Origin: an uncultured Verrucomicrobiales bacterium
GTDB lineage: Bacteria > Verrucomicrobiota > Verrucomicrobiia > Verrucomicrobiales > DEV007
Assembly: GCA_938091905.1 (NCBI GenBank)
Contig: CALKOM010000130.1
Span: forward strand, 1-23,108
Length of the DNA: 23,108 nt
Direction of reading: 5' to 3'
How positions within the stretch are numbered: position 1 is the first letter of the stretch; each line of letters opens with the position of its first letter. This document shows positions 18,069 to 23,108 of this stretch, piece by piece. Under the pieces are notes generated by a model. The model worked only from the letters and a program-made list of their open reading frames with translations. It searched no databases and was not told where the DNA came from. Both the position numbers and the translations under genes were made by a program.

Positions 18069-18743
18069 ATGACCGAACCTACCAGATCTGCTACCTTTCA
18101 AGCTGAGATCAATCAGCTTCGCGGCGCGGTGCTCACCATGGCCAGCACCGCCCAGTTGAATCTGGAGCGGGCCCTCAAAGGGCTCCTCACCCGCACGGTC
18201 TCTGAATGCGACGCCGCGATCGCCGACGATGAGTTGGTCGACCAGCTCGAGAAGAGAATCGATCAGGAGGGGATGCGTATTCTTTCACTCCACAAACCCG
18301 TGGGCATCGATCTGCGCCAGGCGGTCTCCTCGATGAAGATGGCGACCAATATTGAGCGGATCTCCGATGAAGCGGGAAACATCGCCCGCCGAGCGCGCTT
18401 GGTATTAAAAAATCCGGAGCTTGCTGAGATCCGACTGATTGAACCGGTCTACCATCTCGCCCTGAATCTGGTCCACGATAGCATCCACGCCTTCGCTGAG
18501 CACGATCTCGAGGCGGCCTACTCGATCAAAGGGAAAGACGAGGCACTCAATGAAGCCCATAACACACTCGTCAAGCAGCTACGGAGTTTCATGGAACAGG
18601 ACCCTAGCCGCCTGAAAGACTACCTGGATCTGATGTTCATGGTCCGCTCGTTGGAACGCGTCGGCGATCACGCCGTGAACATTGCTGAAGATACGGTATT
18701 CATTGAATCCGCTGAAGATATTCGCCACTCAGGCAAAGACTGA
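18069..18743 (+). CDS. phoU: Phosphate signalling complex protein PhoU
   Basis: Motifs DDELVDQLE, PVGIDLR, NIERISDEAGNIAR and LERVGDHAVNIAEDTVFIESAEDIRH. ATG 18069 gives 224 aa. Confidence 0.95.
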   Translation: MTEPTRSATFQAEINQLRGAVLTMASTAQLNLERALKGLLTRTVSECDAAIADDELVDQLEKRIDQEGMRILSLHKPVGIDLRQAVSSMKMATNIERISDEAGNIARRARLVLKNPELAEIRLIEPVYHLALNLVHDSIHAFAEHDLEAAYSIKGKDEALNEAHNTLVKQLRSFMEQDPSRLKDYLDLMFMVRSLERVGDHAVNIAEDTVFIESAEDIRHSGKD

Positions 18744-18830
18744 CTTGGTCGGCCCCTCAAACATTGAATCGTCGAGCATCCGAGCTTGCGTCCCCTGCCA
18801 GGTAGATCATTCTGTGCCCACCTCGACTCT

Positions 18831-20006
18831 ATGACGGCGAAATTGGTTCTTGAAGATGGTCGCGTGTTTACTGGAGAGGCCTTTGGAGCCTCGGGCACGC
18901 GATTTGGTGAAGTGTGTTTCAATACCTCGATGACGGGGTATCAGGAAGTGCTCACCGATCCTTCGTATCGTGGCCAGATCGTGGCCATGACGTACCCTCT
19001 CATTGGCAACTATGGGGTCAATAAACTCGATGGCGAAAGCCACGAACCCCACGTGAGGGGCTTCGTCATTGAAGAACTCTGCGAAATGCCAAGCAACTGG
19101 CGTTCCGAGGAGTCGCTAGAAGACTATTTCAAACGCCACGATATCCTTGGAATCCAAGGCATCGACACGCGTGCACTGACCAAACACCTAAGAACGCGCG
19201 GAGCCATGAAGGCCATCCTCACCACAGAGGAGATCTCGGATGAAGAGGCTGCAGCCAAAGCCGCCGACTCGGAGGGCACGGTGGGCATGGACTTTGTGCA
19301 GGAAGTTTCTCAACCCAACTACACCTGGGACCCCGACAGCAAGGACTCCCGATGTTGGGTCCAACGGGACCCGCGCTTAATTGAGAATCACGAGGCCGAA
19401 GGCGACACCAGCGATGTGTTCGAGCCGTTGCCTCCCGTGAAATACAACATCGTCGCTTACGACCTCGGCATTAAACGCAACATCCTCCGCCGTCTCCGTC
19501 AGAATGGTTTCGGCGTGGAGGTCGTTCATGCCAAGACACCCGCGAGCGAAGTCCTCGCCAAGGATCCAGATGGCATCTTTCTTTCGAATGGCCCAGGAGA
19601 CCCCTCAGCGCTCGACTACATCCATAAGGAAGTCGCCCAGTTGATCGGGAAGAAACCCATCTTCGCCATTTGCCTCGGGCATCAGGTCCTCGGACACGCC
19701 TTCGGCGGAAAGACCTTCAAGCTGAAGTTCGGCCATCGCGGGGGCAACCAGCCCGTGAAGGACCTCCGCTCAGGGAAGATCGCCATCACGTCTCAGAATC
19801 ATGGCTATGCGGTGGATGCCGACAGCCTTCCAGACAACGTCGAAGTCACCCACGTCAATCTCAACGACGGCACTGTGGAAGGCCTCCGACACAAGGAAAT
19901 GCCCGTGTTCAGCGTCCAGTATCACCCCGAAGCGGCTCCCGGTCCGCATGATGCCCGATATTTCTTCGAAGAATTCGCCAATCTTATTGATCAAACGCGC
20001 CAATAG
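18831..20006 (+). CDS. carA: Carbamoyl-phosphate synthase small subunit
   Basis: Motifs [55 protein letters not shown] and [13 protein letters not shown]. Confidence 0.97.
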   Translation: MTAKLVLEDGRVFTGEAFGASGTRFGEVCFNTSMTGYQEVLTDPSYRGQIVAMTYPLIGNYGVNKLDGESHEPHVRGFVIEELCEMPSNWRSEESLEDYFKRHDILGIQGIDTRALTKHLRTRGAMKAILTTEEISDEEAAAKAADSEGTVGMDFVQEVSQPNYTWDPDSKDSRCWVQRDPRLIENHEAEGDTSDVFEPLPPVKYNIVAYDLGIKRNILRRLRQNGFGVEVVHAKTPASEVLAKDPDGIFLSNGPGDPSALDYIHKEVAQLIGKKPIFAICLGHQVLGHAFGGKTFKLKFGHRGGNQPVKDLRSGKIAITSQNHGYAVDADSLPDNVEVTHVNLNDGTVEGLRHKEMPVFSVQYHPEAAPGPHDARYFFEEFANLIDQTRQ

Positions 20007-20025
20007 GCTAAACACCAATCTCGTT

Positions 20026-20190
20026 ATGGCTAATCTACCTGCAGATTTCAAGAATCTCTCCCCTTTCGCTGGCAGCAAGAAAGCTAAAGGTGCCGAAAAA
20101 GGCAGCCCTGCTCTCCTGTTACTCGGCATGCTCGGAATCCTCGCTGTGATCGCACTTGTCTTCTGTGCGCTGACGCTCAAGGCTTCTTAA
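20026..20190 (+). CDS. Small 54-aa protein with a C-terminal transmembrane helix
   Basis: MANLPADFKNLSPFAGSKKAKGAEKGSPALLLLGMLGILAVIALVFCALTLKAS*. It starts 19 bp after the carA stop and has a Lys-rich N-terminus followed by a ~20-aa hydrophobic stretch. Confidence 0.65.
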   Translation: MANLPADFKNLSPFAGSKKAKGAEKGSPALLLLGMLGILAVIALVFCALTLKAS

Positions 20191-20295
20191 AGGGGCCTCC
20201 GCCTCAAGCTCAAATCCCCGCCTAACCTACCGAGCCGTTTCCCCGCGGCACGGATTTTTAGGCTCTAGACACGCCGTCTTTCTCCACTCGCACTC

Positions 20296-21567
20296 ATGTC
20301 TAATATCATCATCGTCGGCACCCAATGGGGTGACGAAGGGAAGGGAAAGATTGTCGATTACCTCACAGAGACCACCGACCTCGTCGTGCGGGCTCAAGGG
20401 GGATCGAACGCTGGCCACACCGTCTACAACGAAGGCAAGAAGTATGTCCTTCATCTCATGCCGTCCGGGATTCTCTGGCCGGGCAAGGAGTGTGTCATCG
20501 GCAACGGTGTCGTCATCGACCCACTAGGTTTCATCAAAGAGATCGAAGGCCTTGAAGAGAAAGGCATTCCCGTTACCCCTGAGAAACTTCGTATCAGCAA
20601 CGCCGCTCACCTCGTCTTCCCCCATCATCGGGCACTCGATGTCGCTCGTGAACAACGACGCGGTAAAGGCAAACTTGGCACCACTGGCCGCGGCATTGGC
20701 CCTGCCTATGGCGACAAGATTGAGCGTTCGGGATTGCGGGTCAATGATCTCATCCAGCCTGAGCGCCTCGAAGCCAAGTTTCGCGCGAGGTTTGAGCAAC
20801 TGACAAAGACATTGGATGGTATCGAGGTGGAGGATCCCGAAGTCACCTTGGAACAATACAAGGCTGCAGGCGCTCGCCTTGCACCTCACGTCTCTAACAC
20901 AGTAGAGTTTATTCACGCTGCCATGCGTGACGGCAAACAGCTCCTCTTCGAAGGCGCTCAAGGTGCTTACCTCGACATCGACCACGGCACCTATCCCTTT
21001 GTAACGTCGTCGAACACCACCGCAGGTGGTGCCTGCACCGGCTCTGGTGTTTCCCCCACGAACATCGATGAAGTCATCGGTGTGTGCAAAGCTTACACCA
21101 CCCGCGTCGGGTCTGGCCCCTGCGTGACCGAGAGCGATGAATTCTCTGGACGTCTACACGCCATGGGGCGGGAGTTCGGAGCCACCACCGGGCGCAAACG
21201 CCGCTGCGGCCCTCTCGACATGGTCATGTTGCGATTCACCACCATGGTTAATGGCCTCACCAAGATTGCCATGACGAATCTCGACGGGCTCGATGGCCTC
21301 GAAACCGTCCAGCTCTGCACCGCTTACGAGTGGAAGGGCGAGCGCCTCGACCTCCCCCCTGTCGATGCCGAAGACTGGGAAGACTGCACGCCCGTCTATG
21401 AGGAAATGCCAGGGTGGTCTGAAGATATTTCCAGTGCCAAGTCTCTTGCTGAATTGCCAGCCAACGCACGGGCTTACTTGGATCGGGTTGCCGAGATTAC
21501 CAAGACACCGATAGGCATCGTCAGTGTGGGACCTGACCGACAGCAGACCATGGTGTGTGATGGCTAA
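20296..21567 (+). CDS. purA: Adenylosuccinate synthetase
   Basis: Motifs QWGDEGKGKIVD, GGSNAGHT, GTTGRGIGPAY, FEGAQG, GTYPFVTSS, KAYTTRVG and EFGATTGRKRRCG. Confidence 0.98.
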   Translation: MSNIIIVGTQWGDEGKGKIVDYLTETTDLVVRAQGGSNAGHTVYNEGKKYVLHLMPSGILWPGKECVIGNGVVIDPLGFIKEIEGLEEKGIPVTPEKLRISNAAHLVFPHHRALDVAREQRRGKGKLGTTGRGIGPAYGDKIERSGLRVNDLIQPERLEAKFRARFEQLTKTLDGIEVEDPEVTLEQYKAAGARLAPHVSNTVEFIHAAMRDGKQLLFEGAQGAYLDIDHGTYPFVTSSNTTAGGACTGSGVSPTNIDEVIGVCKAYTTRVGSGPCVTESDEFSGRLHAMGREFGATTGRKRRCGPLDMVMLRFTTMVNGLTKIAMTNLDGLDGLETVQLCTAYEWKGERLDLPPVDAEDWEDCTPVYEEMPGWSEDISSAKSLAELPANARAYLDRVAEITKTPIGIVSVGPDRQQTMVCDG

Positions 21568-22294
21568 GAAAGAAGAGCCGTCCAATCCAGAGATCGCGAA
21601 TGTGCCTAAGCACATCGCTATCATTATGGATGGCAACGGACGCTGGGCAAACGAGCAAGGCAAACCAAGGACCGAAGGTCACCGCGCCGGAGCCAGGACC
21701 GTGCGCCAAGTCGCCGAAGCCTGTGGCGAACTCGGGGTCGCCTACCTCACACTCTACGCATTCTCCTCGGAGAACTGGAAACGACCCAAGTCGGAGATCC
21801 AGGCGTTGATGACCTTGTTGGAGCGCTTCCTCAAGTCGCAAACCAAGGAGATGCACAAAAACAACATTCGTCTCCAAGCCATCGGTCGCCTCACTGATTT
21901 GCCTGACAAATGCCAACGGGCTCTCCACGAATCGATTGAGCAAACATCACAGAATGACGGACTTACTCTTATCCTCGCACTCAACTACGGAGCCCGCGAA
22001 GAGATCATCGATGGCGTGCGTAGCGTCCTCCGCCATGTTCAAGACGGTTTGCTAGACCCCGCCATGCTTGACCCGCAGATTTTCAGCAAGCATCTCTACA
22101 CACGTTACTACCCCGACCCTGATCTGCTCATCCGCACCTCAGGCGAGATGCGGATCTCAAACTTCCTCCTTTGGCAAATCAGCTACTCCGAAATCGTCAT
22201 TTCGGACAAATTTTGGCCCGAGTTTGGCAAAGATGACTTCTTCAAAGCCGTTGAAGAGTACTCCCGCAGGCAACGCCGCTTCGGCGGGCTCTAG
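21560..22294 (+). CDS. uppS: Isoprenyl transferase (undecaprenyl diphosphate synthase)
   Basis: Motifs PKHIAIIMDGNGRWA, YAFSSENWKRP, LNYGAREEI, PDLLIRTSGEMRISNFLLWQ and RRFGG. ATG 21560 overlaps the purA end by 8 bp. Confidence 0.97.
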   Translation: MAKKEEPSNPEIANVPKHIAIIMDGNGRWANEQGKPRTEGHRAGARTVRQVAEACGELGVAYLTLYAFSSENWKRPKSEIQALMTLLERFLKSQTKEMHKNNIRLQAIGRLTDLPDKCQRALHESIEQTSQNDGLTLILALNYGAREEIIDGVRSVLRHVQDGLLDPAMLDPQIFSKHLYTRYYPDPDLLIRTSGEMRISNFLLWQISYSEIVISDKFWPEFGKDDFFKAVEEYSRRQRRFGGL

Positions 22295-22308
22295 AGAAAG
22301 CGACTTCC

Positions 22309-22332
22309 GTAGCGCAACTTTCCAAAGTTGCG
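22309..22332 (+). repeat. GTAG-led palindrome (REP-like hairpin) downstream of uppS
   Basis: GTAG followed by CGCAACTTT-CC-AAAGTTGCG, a perfect 9-bp inverted repeat with no U-tract. Confidence 0.5.
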
Positions 22333-22425
22333 TCATCAATAGGCTTCAATCACCCGATGGCGCCGACGGTGTTTCGAATTCGCTCGATAGAAGCTAATCA
22401 AACGTCATGCCCATTCATCGCCAGA

Positions 22426-22474
22426 ATGTCACGAAATCGCCACATTCTATCTCAAATTTATGTGACACAATCGT
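22426..22474. promoter_or_regulatory. Pho-box-like operator upstream of the DUF47 gene
   Basis: ATTTATGTGACACAATCGT (22456-22474) is 18/19 identical to 17956-17974. A degenerate ATGTCAC-GAAA-TCGCCAC also lies at 22426-22443. Confidence 0.6.
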
Positions 22475-22531
22475 TGCAATAGGCTTGTGCCTCAGGCGGA
22501 TGTTTCATACGTGCCTCATTGGTAACTCACC

Positions 22532-22990
22532 ATGAAATCTACCAATCCTCTGTCGAGTCTCCTGCGAGGGTCGCCTTTCGCCCCCATCCAGGAACACATG
22601 CGCGTCGTCTCTGACTGTGTAGCTCAGATTCCTCTGCTCATTGAAGCGCTAATTGGCAAAGACGACCCAGCATTGCAGGCCGCCATCGAGCAGATCGATG
22701 CGCTAGAGACCAAGGCAGATGAGAAGAAGAACGACTTTCGTTTTCACCTCCCCTCCACCCTGTTCATCCCGGTCAGTCGTCGAGATCTCCTCAGACTCAT
22801 CTCCGAGCAGGACACCGTAGCCGATACGGCAGAGAAACTCGCCAAGCTCTTTAATGAACGTAAAATGAACGTCCCACAAGGACTCACTGATCTGCTTAAG
22901 CAGCTCACGAGTCTTTCCGTCGATGCATTCAATCAAGCGACTAAGGTGATTGATCAGTTAGACGAGCTACTAGGAGTCTGTCGGAGTTAG
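22532..22990 (+). pseudogene. DUF47/TIGR00153 phosphate-transport regulator, truncated by an insertion
   Basis: MKSTNPLSSLLRGSPFAPIQEHM, LETKADEKKNDFRFHLPSTLFIPVSRRDLL..ISEQDTVAD and IDQLDELL are TIGR00153-type motifs. Similarity stops at CTAG (22970-22973) and the ORF ends at 152 aa, against roughly 220-230 aa for the family. Confidence 0.85.
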
Positions 22991-23108
22991 ACTGACGGCT
23001 CCGAGTGATTTGGTTGTGACGGGTGATTCCAAGGACGTCTTTGGAGGCCGCGCTGATTGATGCCCTTGGTAATAGTGGTTGCGATGATGGGCGCTTTGGC
23101 TCGAATCT
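22974..23108 (-). mobile_element. Probable right end of an insertion sequence (IS1182- or IS5-like), continuing beyond the window
   Basis: Abrupt switch to non-DUF47 sequence after CTAG, beginning GAGTCTGTCGGAGTTAG. A minus-strand frame is open from the window edge and ends ...GAVSLTPTDS*, with its TAG stop formed by the CTAG site. No catalytic domain is visible, so the family call is from memory of similar termini. Confidence 0.6.

Noticed and set aside
20234..20260. Rho-independent terminator between the small ORF and purA
   Set aside because: Only a weak 4-5 bp stem, not directly followed by the T-run.
1..23108. CRISPR array, tRNA/rRNA genes or riboswitches
   Set aside because: No regularly spaced repeats or recognisable RNA-gene structure seen by eye. 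Intergenic gaps are short. An Rfam/Infernal scan would be needed to exclude small RNAs formally.

Overview
A mostly housekeeping bacterial window. Gene content and protein style suggest Verrucomicrobiota/PVC (inference only). The left end holds a degraded ISL3-family insertion sequence (59-1280, perfect 21-bp terminal inverted repeats). Next to it is a frameshifted pseudogene the ORF track misses: signal peptide + YHS-like domain + group 1 truncated hemoglobin (1351-1910). The middle holds a YdjY-like exported protein, an S8 protease, surE, a Tat-exported unknown protein, an ABM-fold protein, a Ski2-like DUF3516 helicase, an M20 dipeptidase and a membrane Ser/Thr kinase with a DFS motif. The right half has creBC, preceded by a cre-tag (TTCAC-N6-TTCAC) and a Cys-rich 38-codon ORF. 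It continues with a Na/Pi cotransporter divergent from phoU, then carA, a small membrane ORF, purA, uppS and a DUF47 gene cut at a CTAG site, probably by a second IS. A 19-bp Pho-box-like motif (18/19 identical) lies upstream of both phoU and DUF47, suggesting a local phosphate regulon. I found no CRISPR array, rRNA, tRNA or clear multi-gene novel system. The best leads are the exported YHS-globin fusion, the shared phosphate operator and the cre-tag-linked small ORF.
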